Positions 20,208 through 29,753 of a stretch of DNA of 64,000 nucleotides are shown here, in pieces. The notes under the pieces were generated by a model. That model was given only the letters and a program-made list of their open reading frames with translations. It made no database searches and was not told where the DNA came from. The stretch spans positions 66,809 through 130,808 of the forward strand of contig JBJLBO010000004.1 of assembly GCA_045568115.1 (NCBI GenBank), written 5' to 3'. The position numbers and the translations under genes were made by a program. Each line of letters begins with the position of its first letter. Positions within the stretch are counted from its first letter, which is position 1. This DNA comes from Candidatus Thalassarchaeaceae archaeon (GTDB taxonomy: Archaea; Thermoplasmatota; Poseidoniia; Poseidoniales; Thalassarchaeaceae).

Positions 20208-21295
20208 TGCGCGCAGTAATGGCCCTTAGTGGCGGTATGGATTCAACAGGGTTGCTGCTGCGTCTATTGGCTGATGGCTACAGAGTTTCCTGTATTTCAT
20301 ATGAATATGGTCAAAAACACAATATCGAGATTGATAGAGCTATTGCTAACATAGCCTACTTAGCCGATAATGACATTCAAGTGGATCATAAAATTGCTGA
20401 TTTATCTAGTATTATGGGGTTATTCGAATCATCCCTCATTTCGGGTGGTGAAGACGTACCAGAAGGACATTATGAAGAAGATCAAATGAAATCGACTGTA
20501 GTCCCAAACAGGAACGCTATTTTCGCCTCAATTCTTTATGGATACGCGTTAAGTATCGCTCTACGTGAAGATACAGACGTTGAAATTGCTCTAGGTGTAC
20601 ATTCAGGAGATCATGCGATTTACCCTGATTGTAGACCTGAATTTTATGCTTCAATAGGCGAATCATTTGCTTTAGGCAATTGGGATTCGGAAAAAGTTTC
20701 ATTCCACTTACCATATATCAGTGGAAATAAGGAAACAATACTGACTGATGCACTAAAGTCATGTAAAAAATTAGGTTTAGATTTTGATACTGTATTTGCT
20801 AATACAAACACCTCTTACAATCCAGATGAGGAGGGGAGGTCGTCAGGAACTAGTGGAGCTGATGTTGAACGAATTCTTGCTTTCCATGCAATTGGACGTA
20901 AGGATCCTGTTGAGTATGTCAAACCCTGGGACGAAGTGCTTGCTGGCGCATTGAAGGCTCAACTTCGCTATCATGTGATGAAAGAAAATGGTACAGAGCG
21001 CCCATTTACTGGAGAATACGATAAACATTTCGAAGAGGGTTTCTACAATTGTGCAGATTGTGGAAAAATACTTTTTGAATCAAAATCAAAATTTGACTCA
21101 GGATGCGGATGGCCAGCATTTTCAAGTGAAACTGGAGAAGCAAACATTACTCAATTGAAGGATAATTCGCACGGAATGACTCGAATAGAAGTCAGATGTA
21201 GTGGTTGTGATTCGCATTTAGGCCATCTTTTCCATGAATCTAAAGGACCTAGATATTGTATTAATTCAATTTGTTTGGATTTCAAGGAGGAATAG
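20207..21295 (+). CDS. queC: Fusion protein: 7-cyano-7-deazaguanine synthase (QueC, ~230 aa) + peptide methionine-(R)-S-oxide reductase (MsrB/SelR, ~130 aa)
   Basis: N-terminal PP-loop ALSGGMDSTG and QueC core; C-terminal MsrB with CADC...CSGC zinc site and catalytic RYCINS; single uninterrupted frame; ATG overlaps queE stop (TGATG). Confidence 0.8.
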   Translation: MRAVMALSGGMDSTGLLLRLLADGYRVSCISYEYGQKHNIEIDRAIANIAYLADNDIQVDHKIADLSSIMGLFESSLISGGEDVPEGHYEEDQMKSTVVPNRNAIFASILYGYALSIALREDTDVEIALGVHSGDHAIYPDCRPEFYASIGESFALGNWDSEKVSFHLPYISGNKETILTDALKSCKKLGLDFDTVFANTNTSYNPDEEGRSSGTSGADVERILAFHAIGRKDPVEYVKPWDEVLAGALKAQLRYHVMKENGTERPFTGEYDKHFEEGFYNCADCGKILFESKSKFDSGCGWPAFSSETGEANITQLKDNSHGMTRIEVRCSGCDSHLGHLFHESKGPRYCINSICLDFKEE

Positions 21296-21297
21296 GA

Positions 21298-21747
21298 ATG
21301 GTTACAGCAATTAGGAGATGGATAGAGACAGACACAGGGCATAGAGTCCCTAATCATAAGAGTAAGTGCAGAAATATGCATGGTCATAGATATCGTTGGG
21401 AAGCCGAACTTGTCGGAGAAGTTGTCAATGAATCCGGAGTTTCAGAAGAAGGCATGCTGATGGATTTTGCAGATGTATCAAAAATACTTACTGAGCACAT
21501 TCATGATTTGGTCGATCACGCATTTATTGTGTACGAAAATGATACTGAAGCTATTGAGGCGTTATCTGTTATGGGAGAGGGTCACAAGACATTGATTGTT
21601 TCATTTATTCCAACCGCTGAGAACCTTGCTAGGTGGGCATTTGAGCAAGTAGCGCCACATATTACGTCAGCATACGGAAATTCCCTCAGACTGCATGCAT
21701 TTCACGTTAGAGAGACTCCTAAGTCTTGGGCATCCTGGCAGCCTTGA
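21298..21747 (+). CDS. queD: 6-carboxy-5,6,7,8-tetrahydropterin synthase (QueD / PTPS family)
   Basis: CRNMHGHRYRWE (Cys-x-x-x-His-Gly-His) zinc/catalytic motif and downstream HxH; GGAGG SD upstream. Confidence 0.85.
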   Translation: MVTAIRRWIETDTGHRVPNHKSKCRNMHGHRYRWEAELVGEVVNESGVSEEGMLMDFADVSKILTEHIHDLVDHAFIVYENDTEAIEALSVMGEGHKTLIVSFIPTAENLARWAFEQVAPHITSAYGNSLRLHAFHVRETPKSWASWQP

Positions 21748-21755
21748 ATCAAACG

Positions 21756-21977
21756 CTACCAATCTACTCGTACGAGGATTAAGTAGACAAGAAATAATCC
21801 ACACAAATATAGAACGATTTTATCTCCATTTTTCTTTCTTTGTTCGATGTTTTCAACTATCTGGTTATATTTTTCAGGATCACCTTCAGCCTCTTTAAGT
21901 TTCTTTTTATCTGAGTTTTTTTTAGCTTTTGCACCAGCGCCATCGAGCGCTATCGTCGAGAGGAGTTCCAATACCAT
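21756..21977 (-). CDS. Hypothetical small Lys-rich protein with C-terminal TM helix
   Basis: 73-aa ORF on the same strand as, and downstream of, the wHTH regulator gene; weak support. Confidence 0.25.
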   Translation of the reverse strand: MVLELLSTIALDGAGAKAKKNSDKKKLKEAEGDPEKYNQIVENIEQRKKNGDKIVLYLCGLFLVYLILVRVDW

Positions 21978-22058
21978 GGGTGGCCTTAGTTATACCTTGA
22001 GATAAATGATTTGCCTGCATTGACTATTGCTAACCCTATAGTTCACGGGTAATCTCAT

Positions 22059-22125
22059 GGGTAGCGTAATTGATGGATATGTAACAGACTAAACGTTGCA
22101 CGTAGGACTGTCAATTACGCTACCC
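22059..22125. repeat. Inverted repeat: 15-nt arms GGGTAGCGTAATTGA / TCAATTACGCTACCC separated by 37 nt (potential long hairpin or operator)
   Basis: Arms read directly at 22059-22073 and 22111-22125; GGGTAGCGTA 10-mer recurs at 23038-23047. Confidence 0.6.
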
Positions 22126-22135
22126 TTTGCTTCTT

Positions 22136-22963
22136 TTAGGCCGCAGCCTCTATTCTCGAAATTTCTCTTGACGACACAAGAACATCTAATCCACTGCCTG
22201 AGAGTCTCCACTTTGGACGACGAGCATCGGATGCGGCTTCTACATAGTCACCATTACGTAATTCCATTAAGTGATGGCTGAGAAGTTGACGTGAAATTTC
22301 CAATTTTTCCTGGAGCTCACGACCAGACATGCCAATATTTCCTGAACCCGAAAGAACCTCCAGAATAGCTAATCTTGTACCAATAATTGGATTTTTAATT
22401 CGACTTACTTCTTCTTGAGTAAGACTAGAAACTGCATAACGACGTAATTTCCCATCCCTCCAAGAGATAACCTGACCGATCGATTCTAGGGTTTGAAGAT
22501 GATATGCAGTGACACCATTAGCGAGCCCTAAGCCATCTCTGAGGGCAGAAAAATGGATGCCAGGGTTTGCTTCGAGGAAACCAAGAAGCCGACCTCTAGT
22601 TAGTAGATCCTCACGATTTTTCTTCATCCTTGCTAGAAGAGGCGATACTAATGCGACAAGAACAGATACTCGCATTACTTCGAAAAAGATTGAGCCTACA
22701 GCAAGAGAACCTAGAGCTCCAGCACCCCCTGCAATTAGTCTACTTGGAGTATTAGATCGGGACTCGGCTTCTTTTCCCTCTGTTTCCAATACAGGTTGAG
22801 TATCTTCGGAATCACTTTCTGCTAAAGCCATGTCTAGTGAAGATATTTCTTCATTAATTTCATCGAAGTTCTCTTCATTTGGAAAATTTATCATCCAACT
22901 TCCGGCTAGAATGGCAGTAACAGCCAATACAGTAACAAAACGAACGGTTCGAACGCCCTGCAT
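22136..22963 (-). CDS. Membrane-anchored transcriptional regulator with tandem winged-helix (ArsR/MarR-like) DNA-binding domains
   Basis: N-terminal TM helix, acidic linker, second TM, then two wHTH-like segments (LLGFLEANPGIHFSALRDGLGL...; ILEVLSGSGNIGMSGRELQEKLEISRQLLSHHLMELRNGDYV). Confidence 0.55.
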   Translation of the reverse strand: MQGVRTVRFVTVLAVTAILAGSWMINFPNEENFDEINEEISSLDMALAESDSEDTQPVLETEGKEAESRSNTPSRLIAGGAGALGSLAVGSIFFEVMRVSVLVALVSPLLARMKKNREDLLTRGRLLGFLEANPGIHFSALRDGLGLANGVTAYHLQTLESIGQVISWRDGKLRRYAVSSLTQEEVSRIKNPIIGTRLAILEVLSGSGNIGMSGRELQEKLEISRQLLSHHLMELRNGDYVEAASDARRPKWRLSGSGLDVLVSSREISRIEAAA

Positions 22964-23064
22964 AATATGCGCAAAGCACCTTTACCTATGACTACCGTGG
23001 TGAGATGATTTGACAATTTAGAGCGCGATTCAATAAGGGGTAGCGTATCAGAGTAGTTGTTACG

Positions 23065-24096
23065 ATGAGCGAAGAGGGTAACATGCTCGATTCAGATTCA
23101 GAAGAGTTAGCGCAAGCGATGCTTACAGCCGCACGTTCTGTTGTACGAACTTGCATGCAAATTCGCTCAGTAGAATCCGTTCTCGTAATAACTGATCCGA
23201 AATTTGCTGAAGTCGGTCGGGCTCTATATGAAGCTTCAGCCGAAGTTACTGAGCGTATTCTACTGATGATGATGCCTGCCAGCCTACGCGAAGGAAGTGA
23301 GCCCCCTAATCAGGTAGCAGATTTAATGCGAAGGCAGGACGTAATTCTTATCGCAACACAATTCTCATTGACGCATACAAGGGCTCGTGCGAATGCCTCA
23401 AGAGAAGGTGCACGAATTGCTTCAATGCCCGGAATTGATGCTCTAACCTTTGCTAATGGTGGGATGACTGCTGATTATAATGCACTACAGAAAGAAATTT
23501 CAGGAACCAATAAATTATTGCGCCGGCGGAGAGAAGTAGTAATCACCAGTGAAGCTGGAACTAATCTGACTTTTACAACTGGTGGGCGTTGGATTCTTGA
23601 GGACAATGGAATTTGTAATCGGCCAGGTGTAATAACAAATCTTCCAGCAGGGAAAATTTTCGTCCTGCCAAAAGAGGGGACGGCTCATGGTAGAATTGTC
23701 ATAGACGGCTCTTGGCAAGGAAAATTAGTAGATGAGCCAATTTCTATCCTAATAGAAAAAGGACAAATCGTTGACATTGTTGGCGGAGATGTAGCTGATC
23801 AGATAAATAGTAAAATCGAAGCCACAAAAACAGGATTAAGGCAATCGAAAGCAGCCTTAGTTGGAACTTTTGCCGAGTTCGGTTTTGGTATGAATCCAAG
23901 AGCGAAGCTATCTGGAAATTATCTAGAAGATTTAGTCTATAGAGGTGGGGCATATTTTGGTTTTGGAAATAACTTGGCACTTGGTGGAACTGCCTCCGTC
24001 CCCCTAAACCTTCGAGGAGTTGCCAGAAAACTTTCAGTCCAACTAGAGGATGTTGATCTCCTAGTCGAAGGTAAGGTAACTCTGAAGGTGAAATGA
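23065..24096 (+). CDS. Peptidase M29 (aminopeptidase T/AmpS-like) family protein
   Basis: C-terminal half aligns by eye with thermophilic aminopeptidase (NLPAGKIFVLP...GTFAEFGFGMNP...YFGFGNN); 343 aa. Confidence 0.5.
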   Translation: MSEEGNMLDSDSEELAQAMLTAARSVVRTCMQIRSVESVLVITDPKFAEVGRALYEASAEVTERILLMMMPASLREGSEPPNQVADLMRRQDVILIATQFSLTHTRARANASREGARIASMPGIDALTFANGGMTADYNALQKEISGTNKLLRRRREVVITSEAGTNLTFTTGGRWILEDNGICNRPGVITNLPAGKIFVLPKEGTAHGRIVIDGSWQGKLVDEPISILIEKGQIVDIVGGDVADQINSKIEATKTGLRQSKAALVGTFAEFGFGMNPRAKLSGNYLEDLVYRGGAYFGFGNNLALGGTASVPLNLRGVARKLSVQLEDVDLLVEGKVTLKVK

Positions 24097-24701
24097 TGCA
24101 CGCTATTCTTTGGTGTAATGGAGATATTCCAGATCACTCAAAAATCATGCCACTGTTGGAAGGAAATGTCATCTTTGGTGTTGACGGTGGTGCCGAAAAG
24201 GCCGAATCTGCGGGGTTCAAGGTAACAGAAGTATTAGGTGATTTAGATTCGGTAAAACCAGAAGATTGGAAGGGAAGATCAACCCTTCTTCCTGATGAAT
24301 CGGCTAGTGATTTAGTGAAATCACTACGTCATCTGAAAACAAAAGGATATGATGAGATTGACATTGTTGGAATTGAAGGTGGTTGTCCAGACCATATTTT
24401 GGGCGTTTGGGCTGCTCTAACAGAGGCCCCTGATGGCATGTCTATCAGAATGCATCATGAACACGGTATGACAATTAGATTACATCCTAATGAAGACGTA
24501 TTTCAATTAATAATACCTGAAGGAGTTGAATTCTCGGTATTTGCTCTGGAGGAATGCAATTCTGTTTCAGTTAAGGGATCCAAATGGGAATTAGATAAGG
24601 AACCACTTTCATTCTCAACCAGAGGATTACATAACCAATCTGTTGGTGAAATAATCAGCATATCAGCCGATGGAATTCTAGCCATTATTCTTCATGAATA
24701 A
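24093..24701 (+). CDS. Thiamine pyrophosphokinase
   Basis: GVDGGAEK...GDLDSV...GIEGGCPDHILG motifs of the TPK catalytic domain; 202 aa. Confidence 0.65.
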   Translation: MMHAILWCNGDIPDHSKIMPLLEGNVIFGVDGGAEKAESAGFKVTEVLGDLDSVKPEDWKGRSTLLPDESASDLVKSLRHLKTKGYDEIDIVGIEGGCPDHILGVWAALTEAPDGMSIRMHHEHGMTIRLHPNEDVFQLIIPEGVEFSVFALEECNSVSVKGSKWELDKEPLSFSTRGLHNQSVGEIISISADGILAIILHE

Positions 24702-25790
24702 TCAATCATTAGATGATTTGGTTGGATTTAATGATAATAGCATTGCAATAGGCCGAGTGCGAGGATCACTATCTAATGCTAACTTCATTATTACAGCCAA
24801 TGGCACACCTAGAATCATTCCCATAATTCCCCATGCCCAGCCCCAGAATGCTACCAATATTAACAGAACAATGGGGGACATGTCCAACCTCTGTCCGGCA
24901 AGTTGAGGCTCGATAAATTGACCCCAAGCCAATTGGTTACCAAACAAGACTGCGAGAATCAAGAATGCGGTGGTTGGTTCGTGAAGAATGAATGATATTA
25001 TCACAGGGGGTATGAATGAAAGAGGCGCTCCAACATATGGCACGAAGTCAAGAAGGAATGTGATTGAGGCCCACATAAACCAACCAGGGATGTCTTGCCA
25101 TGCAAGCAGAGCTGCTACTATGATAGCTTGACCGAACGCAACTGTAGCCTTTGTAATTACATAGGTGTTAATTCCCTTGCCTGCATTTTCTGTAATCTGG
25201 GAAAATCTTTCGATTTCCTCAGGATAAGCGGCCTTCAATCTAGCAGGTAAAGTCTCAGCCTCGACAATAATGAAAATCAGGAAAATGAAGGTTGTAATCG
25301 CGCTACCTGTGAATCCAGCAATGTCGCCAACGAAACCGGTGGCAATTTCGTTAATTCGCTGTACTGAAATCAGATCTGTAAGTGCGCTAGTATCGAAACT
25401 GTAGCCGTAAATACTCAAGTCAGAAAACCAAGTAACCTTCTCGGTAAATTTTGAAGAAAGTGAATCCGCTTCATTACTAAAATCAGTTAGAGAATCGTAC
25501 AGAATATTTCCTCCCATTAGGACAACTGCAATAACACCGAAAACAAGTATCCCGTAAGCAAGCAATGGATGGCCAAACCTTTCCTCAAGCCACTGTGCAG
25601 GCGGTCGGATTAAGAAAAACAGTAGAATAGCTACAACGAGAGGTTGAATGATTACTTTGAGGTGAATAATTGCTAGAATTAGGATGAAAAGAAGTACTGC
25701 AATATTGGTTAGTGTGCTGAGTTCAACGCCCCGGAATCCTTTGCTTGAAGCCATGGCACTCATACTCCGGACGGGGAGGCGAGTCATCAA
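24702..25790 (-). CDS. AI-2E (UPF0118/PerM) family membrane transporter
   Basis: ~8 TM helices with the conserved arrangement and central loop of AI-2E family permeases; 362 aa. Confidence 0.65.
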   Translation of the reverse strand: MMTRLPVRSMSAMASSKGFRGVELSTLTNIAVLLFILILAIIHLKVIIQPLVVAILLFFLIRPPAQWLEERFGHPLLAYGILVFGVIAVVLMGGNILYDSLTDFSNEADSLSSKFTEKVTWFSDLSIYGYSFDTSALTDLISVQRINEIATGFVGDIAGFTGSAITTFIFLIFIIVEAETLPARLKAAYPEEIERFSQITENAGKGINTYVITKATVAFGQAIIVAALLAWQDIPGWFMWASITFLLDFVPYVGAPLSFIPPVIISFILHEPTTAFLILAVLFGNQLAWGQFIEPQLAGQRLDMSPIVLLILVAFWGWAWGIMGMILGVPLAVIMKLALDSDPRTRPIAMLLSLNPTKSSND

Positions 25791-25897
25791 CTTCTCGCAA
25801 GCAATAATCTCCTGAAATCTATATTAATAGAACTAATTTATCCATATGACTCATACAATTAAGCACCGTAAGATAACGCTTTTTCATAAAATTTTGC

Positions 25898-27232
25898 TCA
25901 TTTCAGATGTTTTTCCATTACGAGATGGTAGATTTTTTCATAGGCCTCAGCATTATGTTCATAGGTGTACTTACTCAGAACCCTTTCACGCCCAAGCTGT
26001 GCTTGTTTTTCTCGCATTTCTGGCTTGTTTAAAGATTCAATAACACAATTTGCAAGATCGATGTGATCACCGCAATTAAACAAACCTCCAACAGATGAGT
26101 CAATCATTTCAGTTAGAGGTGGTTTATTTACAGTTACAACAGGAGTTCCGCTTGCTAATGCTTCTAACGGGATTAGTCCCTGTCCTTCATAATACGAAGG
26201 ATATATTACCAAATCGGCTGAACGGAAATGTAGTGCTAAAAGTTCGAAATCCATCCCGGGCTGTATAATAACAGCATGACCAACCCCTAACTTCTTTGCT
26301 TGTCTTAGTAAAGTTCGACGCATATGACCTCGACCGATTATGACCAATTTGGCATTGGGGTGAGAATTGAGGATTTGAGGCATAGCTCGAAGAAGTGTAT
26401 TATGTCCCTTTCGTGCGACTAACCTTCCTACAGCAAGTAATAGGGGAGTCTTTGTATCCGACCGACCGATTAGGGCTGCTTTATCTGCAGCATCGTAAGA
26501 AATTCTAATTTCTTCATACGCCTTATGATCATCTGAGTCACTATGATTTACTGGCCTGAATACTTGATGATCGACCCCATATAGAACGGTTTCACAACAC
26601 CAATCATCAGGGGGATTATACCATTGTTCAAATTCTCTACGTGTGGATTCAGAAATGGCAACACTGATAGCTGATTCATCTATTCCCGCTTGTTCATATC
26701 TAGAATAGTATTTAGCTGTCAATAAAATAGCTAAATCATTAGGATTTTTCCATGTTGCTGCCTCCTTATGTTGTGCAGCAAGCTTCATACCTTCACGTTC
26801 ACCAATCCAACTACCATTAAGGGCAGAAACAACGGGAGCTATGTTTTCCCTAACCCATCTGTACTCTTTTTGATTCCAACTAACTAACGGGAGCAATGTA
26901 TGAACAATATCGACCTTTTTTTCGTCATTAAGACGGCGTAAAGCCGTCAATGCGTTTTTTCCATAGGAACGAGTAAATGTCATTGGTAGTTTAAGCCAAG
27001 GAACTTGAATGACTTTCACGCCAGGTTGCTGGGGTGTTTGCTTAGAATGAGAACGAGTGATTACTGTAACATCGTGACCTCTTTTGGACAAATGACTAGC
27101 TAGGTGATAAACAACCGAGCCTATCCCACCCCACCGAGGTGGATACTCGCCGGACAACATTGCGATGTGCAAACCCATCTTCTCAACGGTCGCTAACCGG
27201 ATACTCATTTCAATCGAATGGGTTGATGACAC
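25898..27232 (-). CDS. Glycosyltransferase family 4 (GT-B, RfaB-like)
   Basis: N-terminal GEYPPRWGGIGSVVYHLASHL and C-terminal E-x7-E region (YYEGQGLIPLEALASGTPVV); 444 aa. Confidence 0.8.
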   Translation of the reverse strand: MSSTHSIEMSIRLATVEKMGLHIAMLSGEYPPRWGGIGSVVYHLASHLSKRGHDVTVITRSHSKQTPQQPGVKVIQVPWLKLPMTFTRSYGKNALTALRRLNDEKKVDIVHTLLPLVSWNQKEYRWVRENIAPVVSALNGSWIGEREGMKLAAQHKEAATWKNPNDLAILLTAKYYSRYEQAGIDESAISVAISESTRREFEQWYNPPDDWCCETVLYGVDHQVFRPVNHSDSDDHKAYEEIRISYDAADKAALIGRSDTKTPLLLAVGRLVARKGHNTLLRAMPQILNSHPNAKLVIIGRGHMRRTLLRQAKKLGVGHAVIIQPGMDFELLALHFRSADLVIYPSYYEGQGLIPLEALASGTPVVTVNKPPLTEMIDSSVGGLFNCGDHIDLANCVIESLNKPEMREKQAQLGRERVLSKYTYEHNAEAYEKIYHLVMEKHLK

Positions 27233-27306
27233 TTAATCCTAGATAATTCAAGCCCATAGATTAGTATTATTCATAGCAGGAAGGCAGGTCGCTTCAATCG
27301 ATTCAG

Positions 27307-28038
27307 ATGTCCGATACCCTTCCTGTGCATGTGACCGTAGTCATCCCTACTCGCAATGAAGAGGCCGCTATCGTCGATACCATTCGTTCAGTTCCTAATG
27401 ACGGATGGTGTGAAAAATTGGATTTTCTAATTGTTGATGGGAATTCGACTGATAGAACTTGTGAATTAGCCGAACAGGAAGGAGCTACTGTTTACCGAGA
27501 ACCTCGCAAAGGATATGGGCGAGCCTACAAAACTGGTTTTGTACTTGCTCCGGGTGAAATAATTATCACAATGGATGCAGATTGCACCTATCCTGGGGAA
27601 GAAGTCCCCAATTTGGTTAAGAAATTACTAGATGAAGATTTACAGTGGATTACTTGTGATCGATTAAGAAGAGCCGAGGAAGGAGCAATGCCTGGGATTC
27701 ATGGATTTGGAAACTGGGTTCTTTCTACTACAGCTACCATCTTGTATTGGTATGGAATTCATGATTCACAAAGTGGAATGTGGGTTTTTAGAAAATCCAT
27801 TTTCGATGATGAGAGGGTTCGTCCGAAACACGATGGAATGCCTTTATCTCAGGAATTCAAAATAAGAGCACGGCGATATTTGGGCAAGAAGAAGACTACA
27901 GAAGTTTCTGTACCTTATCGGCCTCGTGTAGGTGAGGCTGAGATTAATACATGGGGGGATGGGTTGCTAAACCTAAGATTCCTCTTTACTCATAGATTGG
28001 GCCTTACTCGTCAGGTGACTCCTTGGGGTCCTGAATAA
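27307..28038 (+). CDS. Glycosyltransferase family 2 (dolichyl-phosphate sugar synthase-like)
   Basis: VVIPTRNEE...IVDGNSTD...ITMDADCTYP (DxD) motifs; 243 aa. Confidence 0.75.
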   Translation: MSDTLPVHVTVVIPTRNEEAAIVDTIRSVPNDGWCEKLDFLIVDGNSTDRTCELAEQEGATVYREPRKGYGRAYKTGFVLAPGEIIITMDADCTYPGEEVPNLVKKLLDEDLQWITCDRLRRAEEGAMPGIHGFGNWVLSTTATILYWYGIHDSQSGMWVFRKSIFDDERVRPKHDGMPLSQEFKIRARRYLGKKKTTEVSVPYRPRVGEAEINTWGDGLLNLRFLFTHRLGLTRQVTPWGPE

Positions 28039-28049
28039 CCAATGGGACT

Positions 28050-28655
28050 ATGGATATAGTGTGGCCTACAGTGTTCATGGAGCCACTGACCGCATTCCTA
28101 ATGATTGCGGATTTTTCGTTGGCAATATTTTTTGTTTGCTTATTTCATTGGCTATATCGAACTGAAAAAATCTCTCTAGCATATCTGTATGCATTCTGGT
28201 TTGGCACATTGATAGGATCGACTTGGGAGTTCACATTTCTATTCCTCGGCCCCGAGTTTCTCCATGGAGCTGTTGAGTGGCCATGGGGGCTAGATGGATG
28301 GCCTCGTAAGGTATCACATTCTATTTGGGATGGAGCGATTTTCATGTTCGGAGTTTATCTTTGCCATAGATGGTTAGAAGGTGAATTATTCCAACGATTT
28401 AGTTCCAAAGAATTAGGGATAATGTTTTGTTGGGGACTTTTTCAGGAACTTCTAGTTGAGTATCTTTTCAATGGTCGAGTATGGATATACGAACCATTAT
28501 CGTGGAATCCTGTAATTATTCCGACCATTCCTGGCTCCGCCCCAATGTCGCCTGGATATACTTTGATTCCTCAAGCAGTCTGGGTAATTGCACCAGTGGT
28601 ATTCTATGTCAGTTTCTTGTGGATAGTCAAACGATATCCTGATTCTAAATCATAG
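28050..28655 (+). CDS. Hypothetical polytopic membrane protein (Trp/Phe-rich)
   Basis: 201-aa ORF, ~5 TM helices, immediately downstream of GT2. Confidence 0.35.
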   Translation: MDIVWPTVFMEPLTAFLMIADFSLAIFFVCLFHWLYRTEKISLAYLYAFWFGTLIGSTWEFTFLFLGPEFLHGAVEWPWGLDGWPRKVSHSIWDGAIFMFGVYLCHRWLEGELFQRFSSKELGIMFCWGLFQELLVEYLFNGRVWIYEPLSWNPVIIPTIPGSAPMSPGYTLIPQAVWVIAPVVFYVSFLWIVKRYPDSKS

Positions 28656-28660
28656 AGGCA

Positions 28661-29425
28661 TTATGGATTTTGATTCTCGGATTTGCTTCCAGATAATGGG
28701 GCAATGATTTCAGAGGGAGAGATTCGATGTGCTCCGAATTTGTTTATGGACTCATCACTAGGATATCCTAATGAAATTCCACAAAGTAATGAATATTGAT
28801 TACTAATTTCAAATTCTTCACGTACCGCGTCTTCCCATATCGCGACAGCACCTTGAGGACATGTTCCAAGCCCCTTTGAATGAGCCGATAAAATGAGATT
28901 CTGCATAAAGAGTCCTGCATCAGAAGCAGCAAATTTTTTCAGTGTTTTATGAGTGAACACAAATAGCTCGACTGGGGCTCCAAAAAATTCGTAATTTCTT
29001 GCCCAAAATGCATCACGTCGCGTTTTATCATCCCTACTTACGCCTATTGAACTCATGAGATCCTTGCCAAGTCTCTTAGACCTAGGAGTTAGGTCGGAGT
29101 GATACGGTTTTACTACAAGCCAGTTACTGGTCGGATGGCCGTAACGACGAAAAAATGCTTTGATCTTTCCACGGATTCCTGCACCTTGAAAATCCTTCAC
29201 AGCGTCCCATCGTCTTAGAAACTCCTCAGAGATTCGATTTCTCACATCTCCTGTTGCCACTGCTACTAGAAACGGCCTAGTATTGCTCCAACTAGGTGCA
29301 GTAAGGCCGTCGGCGATTATTTCATGGATAATTTCCTCTGATACAGGAGTTGGTAAGAAATCACGAGTTGAACGACGAGATGCTAAAAATGCACTAAAAT
29401 CATCAGAATCTGGATGAACAGCCAT
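28661..29425 (-). CDS. Nitroreductase-family flavoprotein
   Basis: RRSTRDF N-terminal FMN-binding motif and overall nitroreductase-like length/profile. Confidence 0.65.
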   Translation of the reverse strand: MAVHPDSDDFSAFLASRRSTRDFLPTPVSEEIIHEIIADGLTAPSWSNTRPFLVAVATGDVRNRISEEFLRRWDAVKDFQGAGIRGKIKAFFRRYGHPTSNWLVVKPYHSDLTPRSKRLGKDLMSSIGVSRDDKTRRDAFWARNYEFFGAPVELFVFTHKTLKKFAASDAGLFMQNLILSAHSKGLGTCPQGAVAIWEDAVREEFEISNQYSLLCGISLGYPSDESINKFGAHRISPSEIIAPLSGSKSENQNP

Positions 29426-29753
29426 TGTATCATGTTTAGGAATTCAGTTGAGTTCTTGAAGCGTTCTCCTTGTTATTCAGGAATGAAAGAGTCCACCAAA
29501 TCATTTATCCCTCAAACATAAGTGAGAAGTCTATGGCTAATATTATGGAAAACACTCCATTCTTGTTCTTCGTAGCTATTATGCAGCCATTACTTTTTTT
29601 CATTTCATTGGAGTATTTTGGTCTAAATGGAACAGCATTCATCACTGCAATTCTGATTATAATTCTGATTTTGTACTTCATCTGGATGTGGTATTCTGGC
29701 AAGATTCCCTTTGCAAGCAACGAAGAAGAATGAAACATGACCTCTCATACTCT

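Noticed and set aside
29470-29733. 87-aa ORF (possible 66-aa two-TM micro-protein from Met at 29533) between nitroreductase and the SpoU methyltransferase
   Set aside because: Only hydrophobicity supports it. No conservation evidence is available, so it is left uncalled.
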